Shown one piece after another: positions 36,960 through 50,045 of a stretch of DNA of 64,000 nt (position 1 is its first letter; the number at the start of each line of letters is the position of its first letter). The stretch lies in the NCBI GenBank assembly GCA_964016885.1, contig OZ024743.1, positions 93,248,001-93,312,000 on the forward strand, given 5' to 3'. A program made the position numbers and the translations under genes. The notes under the pieces are model-generated. The model had not been told where the DNA came from, made no database searches, and was given only the letters and a program-made list of their open reading frames with translations. The DNA comes from Eledone cirrhosa (taxonomy: Eukaryota).

Positions 36960-39900
36960 AAGGCTACAGGCCATGACTGGCTATTATTATTATTGTAGCT
37001 GTATTCATTTCTATCGGTTATCTTGCCATGCTGCATTCACTTCTATAGGTTATTTTGATGACATGACTGGCTGCCTACCTCACAATTACCCTCCCACCAC
37101 CATAGCCTATTCGACCAATCAAACCACAGCATGCCATTTCTTCTACTACTACTACTACTACTACTACCTAACTCTTTCCTCTCCCGTCCCAGCCCAACAC
37201 ACCCTGCCATTATTACCACCACCACTGTTCTTCTAGTCCTGAATTTTCCTACCGTTATGTATGGATGAGCTGAGAATAAATTGGAGCAACTCTGAATTAA
37301 TAGATGAAATGAATATGAATCCGCGAGCTACTAAGCACCCATGTGAAGCCCCAATCCAGAGAGAGGAAGCACACACACACCTCTGCAAAAATCGACCCTT
37401 CCCTACGAGTGTCGACAAATGCCCAAAACTCCGAGTTGGTACCATCAATGTAAGCACAATGAAAGGAAGAGCAGGAGAAATCGTAGAAATGCTAGAGCGA
37501 AAGGAAATTGATGTATGCTGTGTGCAAGAGACTAGATGGAGAGGAGAGTCTGCTAGAGTCCTTGTAGGAAAAAGTCAGTGCTACAAATTTTTCTGGGTGG
37601 GAAATGACGATGGGATGGGTGGTGTAGGTATACTACTAGCTGACAAGTGGGTAGATAAAGTAATCTCAGTGTACAGGGTAAATGCAAGAATCATTAAACT
37701 CAGACTAGTCCTGAATAAAACAATTACCACAATAATATCAGCTTACGCACTCCAATCGGGGTTGCCAGACGAACTTAAGGATAGATTTTACGAGTCCCTA
37801 ATGCACACTACTGCTCTAACAAACGACAATGACTTCCTAATCATCACAGATTTTAACGGACACGTAGGTAAACACTGTGATGGCTTCAATAGAGTCCATG
37901 GAGGCCATGGGGTTGGCACAAGAAATGAAGAAGGATTCAGACTTCTAGAATTCTGCGACGCCAATGACATGTTGATATGTAACACAAACTTCAAAAAACC
38001 CGACAACCACCTGATCACCTATAGATCAGGGGAGCATTCTAGTCAGAGAGATTTTATCCTCATCAGAGGACGTGACAGATGGACGGTCGTAAATACAAAA
38101 GCCTTCCCTAGTGAGGAGTGTACCTCCCAACATAGCTTAGTTGTCAGCGACCTCACGGTCAGAACTAGACGAACCTGGAAACAGAGGCCAACCTGGAGAA
38201 GAAAGATCTGGAAGCTGAAAGACCCCTCAGCCAGTAACAGATTTAAAGATATTTTACTCAATGCCTACGACAGTAGAGAAGAACAGATAGAGACATTCAA
38301 TGTAGAAGAGCACTAGGAGTTCCTAAAAAATAACTTACTACAGGCGACGGATGAGGTCTGTGGCTGGAGTAAGACCACAAGCAGGAGGAGAGTGACTTGG
38401 TGGTTGAACAATAAGGTAGATGAGGCAGTTAAGGCCAAGAGACAGGCATGGAAAGAATGGAAGAACGGGGGGAGCAGGGTACATTACATAGAGACCAAGA
38501 GGGAAGCTAGGCAACAAGTATACTTAGCTAGGAGGGAAGCAGAGGATAGAAAATTCAAGCATGTTTTGCAATGTGAGGACCAGAAACAGGAGGTGTTCAA
38601 GATTGCAAGGCAGTGTGTCAGAGAGAATTGTGATGTCATTGGAGAGAAGTGTATCCGGAATGATAAAAGTGAGCTTGCCCTCACAAGTGCTGAGAAGAAA
38701 GATGCATGGAAGAGTCATTATGATAGATTACTAAATGAGGAAAGCGGTACAATCAGAAAGCAGTACAAGCCATGTATAGGGGAGCAGTCAGCAAAGTTAG
38801 GATTAGCAATGAGTATAGCGAGGAATTTAGCGTACAGGTTGGGGTCCACCAGGGCTCTGTTCTTAGCCCCCTCCTGTTCATCATAGTCCTGCAGGCAATA
38901 ACGGAGGAGTTTAAGACCGAATGCCCATGGGAACTCCTGTATGCTGATGACTTCGCACTTATAGCTGAATCTATGGTAGAACTAGAGAATAAATTCCAAA
39001 CTTGGAAGCAGGGACTAGAAAGAAAGGGTCTCAAAGTCAACATGACAAAGACTAAGGTCCTTGTAAGTAGACGAGAAAACAGAACCCAGATCCCCTCAGG
39101 GAAATGGCCTTGCTCAGTATGTAGGAAAGGTGTAGGTAGGAACTCCATTCTCTGCCCCAAATGCAAACAATGGGTACACAAGAGATGTAGCGGGATCTCA
39201 GGAAGCTTAATTAAGAATGTAGGCTTCACATGCAGCAGCTGTACTGGGACAGCAAGCAGCAAACAGCCACAGGAAACAATACCACCAATCTCTGGGAGGG
39301 CTCTGTAGAGACAGTAGACAGCTTCTGCTACCTAGGTGACCGAATTAGCAGCAGAGGTGGGTGTTCAGAAAGTACAATAACTAGGGTAAGAACGGGATGG
39401 AAGAAGTTCAGGGAACTACTGCCACTGCTAGCTGCAAAAGGCTTCTCCCTCAAAATGAAAGGCAGACTGTATGATGCGTGTATCCGAACAGCAATGTTGC
39501 ATGGTAGTGATACCTGGGCGCCGAAGGTGGAAGACTTACGTAGATTAGAGAGAAACGAAGCCTGCATGCTCCGATGGATGTGTAATAGTAATATACGCGA
39601 ACAACAAAGCATAAATGAATTGAGAGAGAGACTGAGCATAAGAGGAATCAAATGTTGTGTGCAGGAGAGGCGGTTGCATTGGTATGGACATGTGATGCGT
39701 ATGAAGGATGACAGCTGCATAAAAAGGTGCATAGCACTAGAAGTCGATGGAAACCGCGGAGTGGGGAGACCCAAGATGACCTGGGATGAAGTGATAAAAG
39801 CCGACCTTACCCAATTACACCTCTCAAAGGCGATGACACACGACCCTGACCTCTGGCGTCACGCAGTAATACAGAGTACCCGACCTCCCATGGGTACAAG

Positions 39901-40200
39901 CTGAAGCATATAGACAATATGCCCCCACACCCTCCCACTGCAAGGTGGTCGTGGAGGTGCCACGGCAAAAAAGCACCCAGCCCACACTGTAAAGTGGACG
40001 TGTAGGCGCCACGAAAAAGCACCCAGCACTCACTGTAAATGAGGTAGGTGTTAGGAAGGGCATCCAGCTGTAGAAATCAAGTCAAATCAGTTCCTGTATG
40101 AGCAAGGCATGGTCAGCCAACCAGACACTGCCCACAACAGGACAACCCATCAAACCCATGCTACCATGGAAGAACAGACGTAAAACGGTGATGATGATGA
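36960..40200 (+). mobile_element. RTE LINE family A, near full length with ~580 bp internal deletion; 5' boundary approximate
   Basis: APE ORF 37261-38316 and RT pieces 38772-39904 are highly similar to 5000-8782. The (GAT)n tail runs into the minisatellite. Confidence 0.92.
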
Positions 40201-40724
40201 TATACAAGATTTATATACACATATACCAGATTTATATACACATATACCAGGTTTATATACACATACACCAGATTTATATACACATACACCAGATTTATAT
40301 ACACATATACCAGATTTATATACACATATACCAGATTTATATACACATACACCAGGTTTATATACACATATACCAGGTTTATAAACACATATACCAGGTT
40401 TATAAACAGCTATAGCAGGAATATCTACACTAGCATTAAAATACACACATATATCAGAATTATACACATATATATATATATACCATTATATACACATCTA
40501 CAACTGGATTAAACACATATCTACATAAGAATTATACACACATACATCAAGATTATGCACATACTTACACCAGGTTTATATGCATGTATACCAGGATTAT
40601 ATGTACATATATCAGGATTATATATACACAAATACACCAGGATTATACATACATCTACACCAGGATTAGATACCCACCTACACCAAGATTATACATACTT
40701 ATACACCAGGATTATAGACATATA

Positions 40725-41072
40725 GGTACATGGCTTAGTGGTTAGAGCATTGGCCTTGCAATCGAAAGGTTGTGAGTTCAATTCTCAGACCGAGTGATGT
40801 GTTGTTTCCTTGAGCAAGACACTTTATTTCACATTGCTCCAGTTTACTGAGCTGTAGAAATGAGATGATAGGACTGGGATCCATATCATTCCACTGCAAA
40901 GTGGTCGTGGAGATGGTCGTTTTTGCCACAGCAAAAAAAGCACCCAGCACTCACTGTAAATGAGGTTGGTGTTAGGAAGGGCATCCAGCTGTAGAAATCA
41001 AGCCAGAATCAGTTCCCGTCCCACCCTTGCAAGCAGGGAAAAGCGGACGTAAAATGAAATGATGAAATGATG
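40725..41072 (+). mobile_element. tRNA-derived SINE (same family as 3377-3713)
   Basis: Same head, core and tail. Confidence 0.82.
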
Positions 41073-41303
41073 ACACACATATATACCAGGTTTATATAAG
41101 CAAATATTCACCAGGATCATATTCATCAGGATTATACATACACATGCCAGGATTATACACATATATATACCAGGATTATATAGACAAATATACACCTGGA
41201 TTATACACACATATACATCAGGATTATGCACACATATATGCCAGGATTATGCACACATATACACCAAGATTATACAACATATATACACCAGGATTCTACA
41301 TAC

Positions 41304-41404
41304 CTTCATTAGGATTTGGCACACCTTTGGTTATGGCCCAGTATTTTTTGATAACCACATATTCTCTGAACATCTTATGGAGAACAGCTGCCATTTCTGC
41401 TGTC
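41304..41404 (-). CDS. RPUSD4: RPUSD4 coding exon 5
   Basis: 101 bp exon encoding TAEMAAVLHKMFREYVVIKKYWAITKGVPNPNE(G) (KKYWA motif IIa). Confidence 0.93.
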
Positions 41405-42619
41405 CTGGTTAGGAAGATATATATTTTAGAAATTAATAAATAATTATTAATTATTACCATATTTCCTGTCTTCGAAGACGCTTTGCTCTCGAGGATGTAC
41501 CCCAATTTTGACAACCAAAAATTTGAAAAACAATAATAAATATAAAAATATGGTTTGTTACCTAATTTTTTATATTTTGTTTATTTACTACTATAATTAA
41601 GTATAATTTATATAATTCATTGAGAGGTCATATATAGGCGTTTGTATTACTGTCTAGCAGAGATAATTTTCCACTGGGGATAGCGTATGCCTATGAGAAA
41701 CGCAACCTTTGCCCTCCTGGATGCATGGTAGAACTTTTAGACTTATTTTAGGGGAAAAAATAGCATTTTTGACGCCAGGAAATATGGTAGTTTTCTTTGG
41801 GTAAGAGAAAATAAGTAAATAAGTAAGATATTGTACTGAACCATTTGTCCTGGTTTGAGAAAACCAGATGTATTTAAAACTGGTTAGTTTTGAATTTGGT
41901 GTTGTAGCACCACACAACTGCTTTGTTTTTTTTCTGTGATGTACACATCCAGCTGTAGAAACCATGTCAAACACAACATATATGAGTAAGACATTGTCAT
42001 GTCACAGAGGTTCTGCTTTAGAAATGAATTAATTTAAGAATTTTAAATGAATTACTAAACATATAGGCAGCGAATTGGATGAGTCGTTTGAACATCAGAA
42101 TGCTTTGCAGTATTTGTTTTGGCTCTCTGCTCTATGATTTCAAATACTGCTGAGGTCAACTTTACCTTTCATCTTTACGAGGTCAATAAAAAAAAGTACC
42201 AGTCTAGTACTGTGTCAATTCTTCCTCTATACCTCTTTCTCACTTTCTATCCTTCTCTGGAAGAAATCTGCTGTACTCAGGTTTTGAAATGCCCTAAAAT
42301 GGCACCCCTACAACTCCATCAGGAGTTACAGGATAATACCATACAAAACCAAACATCAAAGAGATTCAGCTTTATAAGTGAATTAATTATAAGTGTCTGT
42401 TAGTTAAATACAGTTTTGTTATTTACTTATCATCGTTTATTATATATTTTAAGGATATACTTAACCTGTAGCCATAAATCTGGCAAATCCAGACAACTGC
42501 AGGCCCCATGTTTGTCAGTTAAATGGTTTGGTGTCTACACCAAATTTTTCTGTTGTGTGTGAGAAAGAAAGAGAGAGAGAAAAGAGGGGGGGGGGGGGGG
42601 CAAAAGGCAATACTGTTAC

Positions 42620-42749
42620 CTGGCAAGCAGGAGAACCCCTGTAGTTTCTTTATCCAAACGATGGATGAGATGTAGTGTTCCTTTGTGGTGAATCTTAGCA
42701 GCCAGCTCTGGTAGTAGTTCTGCCAGACTCACATGTAGACCAGGACCTC
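42620..42749 (-). CDS. RPUSD4: RPUSD4 coding exon 4 (catalytic Asp)
   Basis: 130 bp exon encoding GGPGLHVSL...HLIHRLDKETTGVLLLA(R); HRLD is the RluA catalytic motif. Confidence 0.95.
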
Positions 42750-43983
42750 CTAAACAGAAATACATTGAACAAATATGAATTAAATCTTTTTTTCTCAGAA
42801 GCAATATCTTGTTAATCTTTTAATGTTATGGAAGGTTTGTCATTGCTTTCGTAACATAAAATAGACAAGTGAAATCATCTGGTAATTAGGAATAACTACC
42901 AGATGATTTGAGAAGTTGACATAATTCTAGATGTTTCTGTTTATCAAGCTGTTAGGAACAGCTACCAAATGATTTGAGAAGTTGACTTAACTCTAGATAT
43001 TTGAGCTGAAATAGCTACCAAATGAACACATGCATTATTCTAGAAAATTCTGACTCATCTTAAAAACACACTGCATAACTGCAGTGCATACATAGTACAT
43101 TGGTTTAAATTGTCTCGTGTAGATGCTCCTTCTCCTCTGTCAGCTTGTTGTATTAATAGTTTAATTGTTATGATTACCATTAACATTTAATGAGTTTAAC
43201 TCTTAATATTTCTCTCCCCCTCTCAGAGGAATGGATGTAGGTGTAAAAGCCAAACTCACTATCTTCAATTTGGTATTCGTGCCAACACTTACCTATGTTC
43301 AAGAATCTTGAGTAATGACCAAAAGAATGCAATTGTAAATACAAGCGGCCAAAACGGGGTTCCTCCGAAGGATCCTTGGAGTAATGTTACTCGATAGAGT
43401 GCATAGCTCCAAGATCAGAGAGTCACACCAAGTAGAGTTGCTACTTCTCTGAATTGAGAGATCACAGCTCTGATACTATGGGTATGTGGTTAGAATGTCT
43501 CAGGAAAGAATCGCTGAACAGATTGTACAGGCAAAACCAACAGGCAGAAAACCCATGGGTAGACCCCGAGCAAGATGTTTGGATAACATCCATGAGCTTG
43601 ACTAGTCGGCTTGGGGATCCAGCTGGATCAATTGGAGATGGTTGCTTCTGAGAGGACCCACTGGAAGGAGTTTTTGAGGATTGACCCCATGGCCCTCACA
43701 GGAATAAGTGGGCAAAGAAGAAGAAAAAGAATTCTTAAAACCTGCAATGATTTTGCAGAATATGTCTAAAAACAGGTTTGTTAATACAACTGTTTACAGT
43801 ATATTTATTAGTGGACAGACTGTTGTGCAAATTTGCAATAAATTAACATAAAAACCTTAATTTTAATGTGACACAGTCATAAAGCTGTTTTATAGTTTTC
43901 AAGAATGTTTTTTTAATGTGATTTCATATGGTAGAGGACATCAAATGTAAAATAAAGCTCAGATGTCATAAACAACAACTTAC

Positions 43984-44028
43984 CATGTGATGATAGCCCG
44001 TATGGTTTATTGATAGCAACAATGTCAT
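43984..44028 (-). CDS. RPUSD4: RPUSD4 coding exon 3
   Basis: 45 bp exon encoding (N)DIVAINKPYGLSSH(G) (motif I). Confidence 0.92.
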
Positions 44029-44116
44029 CTGTAACATTAAGATATATTTACTATTGTTTCAGTTTTATTATTTAGAACATAAAGGCAAATTAACCACATA
44101 TTATCTATATATATTA

Positions 44117-44988
44117 CTAGCTGAATTACCCGGCATTGCCCAAGTTACTGCTATTCTTATTCAGATTAGTAAATAATAAATATGAAGATACGTTGTTTTT
44201 TCTCATAATTATTTCAAAATATCTATATTTTATTAAAAAAATATCAAAATTGTAATGATAATAGAATTTAAAAATGAAAATCTGTCAATCTTGAAGCACA
44301 ATATTTATTGTGTAATATTTTGTTGGTGTTCAAATGAATAAATTGTTGCTACACACTCACACACATATACATATACTAAGACAGGCATTCACGCAGACAC
44401 ATGCATAGCTTTTCACCTCATTTTTGGTCAGTTGCTACATATGTGTAGATGTGTGTGTTTAATCATGTACCTAATGAATGCGCACACACACACTCACAGA
44501 CACATACATATTCATATACAAAATGTGACATCAGTGTGTTGTTTTCTATTGTTTTAATGCAAATGAAAATAAAAATTATCACACATACACATACTAAGAC
44601 AGACACATACAGACATACATTCACACACACTTGTCTGTCACCACATATGTATCTGTATATGTGTGTGTTTAATTGTTTGTATGTAAAGATAATGTGTATG
44701 CAACTTGCGTAGTAACGAAATTGCAAACGCACACACATTCACAGACACATACACACTCATATACAAAATGTAGCTCGTCGGCGTCATTGTCGTGGTTTAC
44801 TATAGTTCACTATAGAAATGTTATTTTAGATAAAATATATTTTTAGATAAAATATTATATTTTAATCCAAATGAAAATAAAAATTACATGTCGACATTCC
44901 CGGGGTATTTGATTTGATTTGGTCCAGTCGTTTGAGAATGCAAAGGAACAGACAGACAGACAGACAAAGAATTTTATATATATAGAGA
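44117..44988 (-). mobile_element. Non-autonomous Helitron
   Basis: The - strand begins A^TCTCTATATATATAAAATTC followed by (CTGT)n, and ends with the GGGCAATGCCGGGT hairpin and CTAG^T. Confidence 0.65.
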
Positions 44989-45079
44989 TAAAAGAAAGAT
45001 GGTTGGTTGGTTGGTTGGTTGGTTGGTTGAATCACACGAAAACTACATACACACATCTAAAGAGAAACACAGAAGGAGA

Positions 45080-45631
45080 GGCAGAAAGAGAGAGCGAGGC
45101 CATTATACAGCGAGGGATACAATTAAAATATTAGATATTCAGAGAGAGTAATGTCCCACGAAAGTTTAGAAAAGGTTAACTATATTGCATTAGCTTTTAT
45201 AAAGTAGTTTTACAGGCTTTGATTTTACAGAACAAAGAAAAATTAATACTATTTGAAATTAATCTACCCTCCAGCTTTTATCCATATACTACTTACAGAC
45301 AGTAATAACGAAGCTAAACACTTCAGAAGCAATGTTATACGGTATATTGCTGTGTTTCAGATGACGTCCTTTGGAGCTGAAAAAGATCATACTGACTATG
45401 GTTATTTCACAACATTTAAAATCCAAATCCAATGCTACAATTTAATCAGCAGTTTACTCCCCCAGCCTAATAAGGAAGTTTTATGATTGTTTTTTTTTTA
45501 TGTCTCTCTCACACACACATTACGGTCCCACCTCATACTGTAAACTAGACAACACATCCAATACAGTCGTTTTCTCTTTTATCCATCTTCTCTTAACTAT
45601 TCTCCCGGGCAAAGCCAGGTACCTCAGCTAG
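45080..45631 (+). mobile_element. Helitron deletion derivative with RepHel N-terminal remnant (5' boundary uncertain)
   Basis: KHFRSNVIRYIAVFQMTSFGA...TFKIQIQCYNLISSLLP resembles the Helitron N domain. The 3' end is CCCGGGCAAAGCCAGGT...CTAG^T. Confidence 0.7.
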
Positions 45632-45694
45632 TTTATAATAAATGTTTAAATTAAATAAGGTGAAGTTTGATTATTTTTTACTTTTGTCATTAGA

Positions 45695-46040
45695 ATAAAA
45701 CACACCCACTCTACCCTGTAAAGTCGTAATGCTGGTGTCAATAAAATACACCCAGTCCACTCTGTAAAGTAGTAATGCTGATGCCTTGATAAAAACACCC
45801 AATTCACCCTGAAAGTTGGTAGTGCTGATGCCATAATAAAACACACCCAGTACACCCTGTAAAGTGGTCGGGTTGATGTTAATAAAACACCCAGTATAAT
45901 CTGTAAAGTTGTAGTGCTGGTGCCATGATAAAAAAAACATCCAGTTTCTCCTGTAAAGTGATAGTGCTGATGCCACAATAGAACATACCCAGTACACCCT
46001 GTAAATGGTAGTGTTGATGCAATGATAAAACACACCCATT
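45695..46040. repeat. ~45 bp tandem repeat, ~7 copies
   Basis: AAAACACCCAGTACACCCTGTAAAGTGGTAGTGCTGATGCC is repeated. Confidence 0.8.
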
Positions 46041-46668
46041 TCAGTGATGGAGCAGTATTAGCAGTATTAGCAATGGAGAGGCCAATGTAAATATATAGTT
46101 TCCTTGGTCCAATCTTACGATCATCTCCTTTCCTTTTTTTTCCTAAGAAAAACTTCAATCTTGGACAAGTTTATCTTCAATCCTTTTGAATCAGGTTAGT
46201 GGTTTAAGTTTTGAATTTCAATACATCTTCAAGGGATTGGATAATGAGAACCAGAAACTCAACATACACACACACAATCGTCTAGGATCTAAGTTCTGAT
46301 AAGACTCTGCTTTCTGAAGAAATCCAATAAGACCAAAATATGTTCCGAGTTGTCACTTGTATTTAACACTAAACTCATTCCTTCTCTACTTGCCATTTAA
46401 TTTTAAATCAATTGCTTTTCTTGACAAGAGCTAATCATTAATGTTAATAATTTTCCCCACATTGGTGATAGTAAGAGCATCCAGTCATAGGAAACTTGCC
46501 AGACAATGGGTCAGGAGGACCTTCCAGTTGTGTCAAGGTATGATCTTCATGATAAATATACCCAAAACACACTGTAAAGTGGTTGGTGATAGGAAGGGCA
46601 TCCAGCCAAACAAAGGGTTGGGATGACCCTCAGTTGTGTCAAAGGCATGACCTCTCCTGATCACTCAA

Positions 46669-47084
46669 CCCTTTAACATTCACATTACTCTATATATACT
46701 ATTGTATTCACATTACTCTATATATACTATTGTATTCACATTACTCTATATATACTGTTGTATTCACATTACTCTTTATATACTATTGTATTCACATTAC
46801 TCTATATATACTATTGTATTCACATTACTCTATATATACTATTGTATTCACATTACTCTATATATACTATTGTATTCACATTACTCTATATATACTATTG
46901 TATTTTCGTGGTAAACACTTTATCTTACATAAAATCTCACATAATATCGAATCTATGAGATTTTGATATTATTTATTTTGAAAACAATACCTTAACATCA
47001 GTATACATGGCCAGTTACAGCGAGTTTGTACAGAAAAAGGTGAGAGAATTCTGCCCGGATATGGCTGGTTTAAATGCTAAAGGG
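46669..47084. mobile_element. TTAA-type MITE containing an expanded 28 bp minisatellite (46681-46905, 8 copies)
   Basis: TIRs CCCTTTA(A/G)CATT / AATGCTAAAGGG followed by TTAA; internal unit CACATTACTCTATATATACTATTGTATT. Confidence 0.7.
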
Positions 47085-47956
47085 TTAATGGAATGTGAGA
47101 GGTCCCTAGCCTGCCTGGGAGATCAGTGGTCCCACTTCAATACTGACTTGGTCTATATAGACCCATCCAACCCTTGCTAGCAGGAAAAGTGGACATTAAA
47201 ACAACAATGATGATGATGATGAGCTATGAGTGTAATTTTAATATAGTGTATATATTCATTTATAATAATGCATGTAACTTTAATATTTATGTATAAGTCA
47301 CAATATCTGTTACTTATTTAGTTAATCAATTTAAACGTCCGTATAGAGCTAGTAAGCCATGACATACTAGAGGTAGTATATAGTACTTCTTACAGTTGAG
47401 AAACAAAAAGAAACAAGATAGACAAACATAAGTAAATATTAAAATAAAAATATAAATTTAAATAGAGAAGGCTTACGGGAGGCAAAATATACATAAAAAT
47501 GATAAAGAAAAAATGGAAAACAAGGGAAGCTGTAAAGCAGCTACAAGTTTCTGTTGTTGAATCTTTTTGTAACCTCCATTACTCAAAAATTTTGTTTATA
47601 GTTGGTAGATCTTTTACAATATATTGTATCTCCAATCATCATCATCATTGTTTAAAGTCTATTTTTCCACGCTAGCATGGATTAGACGGGTTGTCTCATT
47701 TGAGGCAAGTTAGGTCAGGTGACCATGTCTTGCTCACACAGAGCTGTTTCTTGCTTGGTTTCTAAAGCTGGATACCCTTCCTTACGCCAACCACATTTTC
47801 AGTGTGTGCTAGATGCTTTTTGTAATGACTCCTACATGACCACTTTACAGTGGTAGAAATTTTTAAACTGATAATGGTTGTTTAAAGGTGGCCATTCAGT
47901 TATGGATATGTTAAATTAATATTTAGATATTGAGAAAACACAAAAATATAACTTAC

Positions 47957-48082
47957 TCTTATCATAAATAATTTTGCTTCTAACATGATTCACAATTTCA
48001 TAGTTTGTCAGTTTAGACAAATCAACAACTTGGTCTTTCAAAATACGGAATCCCTTACTATCTAACATTGGTCCATCAGGAT
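47957..48082 (-). CDS. RPUSD4: RPUSD4 coding exon 2
   Basis: 126 bp phase 1-1 AG/GT exon encoding (D)PDGPMLDSKGFRILKDQVVDLSKL...RSKIIYDK. Confidence 0.85.
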
Positions 48083-48163
48083 CTGTGGAAAAATAAAATA
48101 GAATAAAAAAACAAGCAATAAAGGAAAAGAAATTTCAGGTAATTTTGCAGTAGATGCTAAAGT

Positions 48164-48500
48164 TTAACCCTTTCATTATCCTATTTCTAATGAAAGAGAC
48201 TCTGTCTTTAACCCATTTATTGCCATATTTCTGATGAAAGACACTGTCTATGTCTTTAACCCTTTCATTACTATATTTTTAATGAAAGACTATCTATGTC
48301 ATTAACCCTTTCATTACCATATTTCTAATGAAAGACTGCCTATGTCTTTAAACCTTTCATTATAAAAATTCTAATGAAAGACACTGTCTGTCTTTTACCC
48401 TTTCGTTACCATATTTCTCACAAAAGACACTGTCTATGTCTTTAATCCTTTCATTACCATATTTCTAAAGAAAAACAGTCTGTCTTTAACCATTTCATCA
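48164..48500. repeat. ~45 bp tandem repeat, ~7 copies, resembling a MITE terminus
   Basis: TTAACCCTTTCATTACCATATTTCTAATGAAAGACACTGTCTATGTCT is repeated. Confidence 0.8.
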
Positions 48501-49036
48501 TTATTTCAACAAAATTTTCTTACATAATGTTAATTGTGGAAAGTTCAAATATGAACACTTTAAAACAAATGACTTTGTATGATAGTACCAGGTGCAGTTT
48601 GATATTAGAAGAGTTAATAAGGGTTCTAATTAGGTATAATGTTTCTATTTATATCATGAATATGATTTTAAAAATAAATATATCGGCAGAAATTAATCAA
48701 AGAAAAAGAGAGAAGACATGCACACCGAATTAGACACTACAATAGGGATTTTTGAGGCACTACAAGACACACATTGCTACGGCTGACAGGGGGGGGGGGG
48801 GGGGGGGGCTAGACGATTAAATAGACAAATAGACAAACACCCTCAGTAAGCATTACCTGACACTTCATTAGGGCAAGTCTCCAACGATAACAAAAACTTC
48901 GTTGTTCGGGGCCCAGCTCTCCCAAATGTTTCGAATGTCACCCTCAGATTTTACTGTTTAATCTTATCTAATATATAAAAATACTTTAATTTTATGTCAC
49001 ATTTTATGTCGACCACACAGATAATGTTAGATTTAC

Positions 49037-50045
49037 CTGGAGCATTCGCATTCCGAAGTTTTTTCCGAATTTTCATTGCTACGTCAAATGCATTCTCTGG
49101 TTGCTCTTCATGAATAGATGCTATGGGCCGATCCTTTATTTCAAAGGGTTCTTCTTGAGTCAGAATCGGTTTAGCCTTTTTCTGAAAACTTAATTTCTCT
49201 TCGGTTTCGTCATTTTGGCCAAAATATTGATTATCCATAAAATTCAGATTCTCTGCTCGCAATTCTTCTTTACTGTTTGTCAAAGAACGCGTACGATGTG
49301 TAGAATCTAGTTCGGGTAAGGATTGCCTATAGGTTGTTCTCGACATTGGTTCATTAAAATATTGGGAATCTATAAAGTTATCATCTGATGTAAATTTATG
49401 AGTAACATTGTTAAATTCCTGATTCTCATGTGCGTGTAAATCATTATCTTCCGAATCCTTTAAAATATGATTACGAGATGATGAAGCTAATTTCTTATTG
49501 CCCCTTATAAACTTCGATTCTGATCTAACTTCAGATTGTGGAAAATATTGATCATCGATATATCCAAACTCTGAGATGTTCTCATTCTTGGAAGCATCTA
49601 ATCGATTGAAATTGGAAATATTATTTTCGGCTTCTGTATAAATATTATAATTAGACATTGAGCCCTCTTCCTGAATGTCACGTCCTTGTGATTTCATTGC
49701 CTTTTCGTTAGCGAGAACAGGTTTATTATGTGAGTCTAGTCGTACACTACCAAATGGTACAAGAATAATCTTCTCAAGCGATGGGTCTGACATTTTATTT
49801 ACCACATTAGGTAAATGTTTTTTATATATATAGTCTTTATCTCGGACTGCATCGCCACTTCCAGACAGTTGATTGAGGGCATCCTTTTCATTGATTCCAA
49901 AAAAGTCTTCTTTCTCCTCGGAATCAGCAGTCGAAGAATGCTGTTTCTTCATTAACGGTAAGCAATTCCAAATATTTCGACATATTTTTTCTCTTCTGAA
50001 AAAATAATAAAAATGCAAACCCTGTCTAAACTGTAACGGATTCAT
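49037..50045 (-). CDS. RPUSD4: RPUSD4 coding exon 1 (1009 bp; putative mitochondrial presequence plus long extension); start codon inferred
   Basis: Long open frame in AT-rich DNA. The first ATG is at 50045 (MNPLQFRQGLHFYYFFRREK...). The CAG|GTAAAT donor is in phase 1, matching exon 2. Confidence 0.75.
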
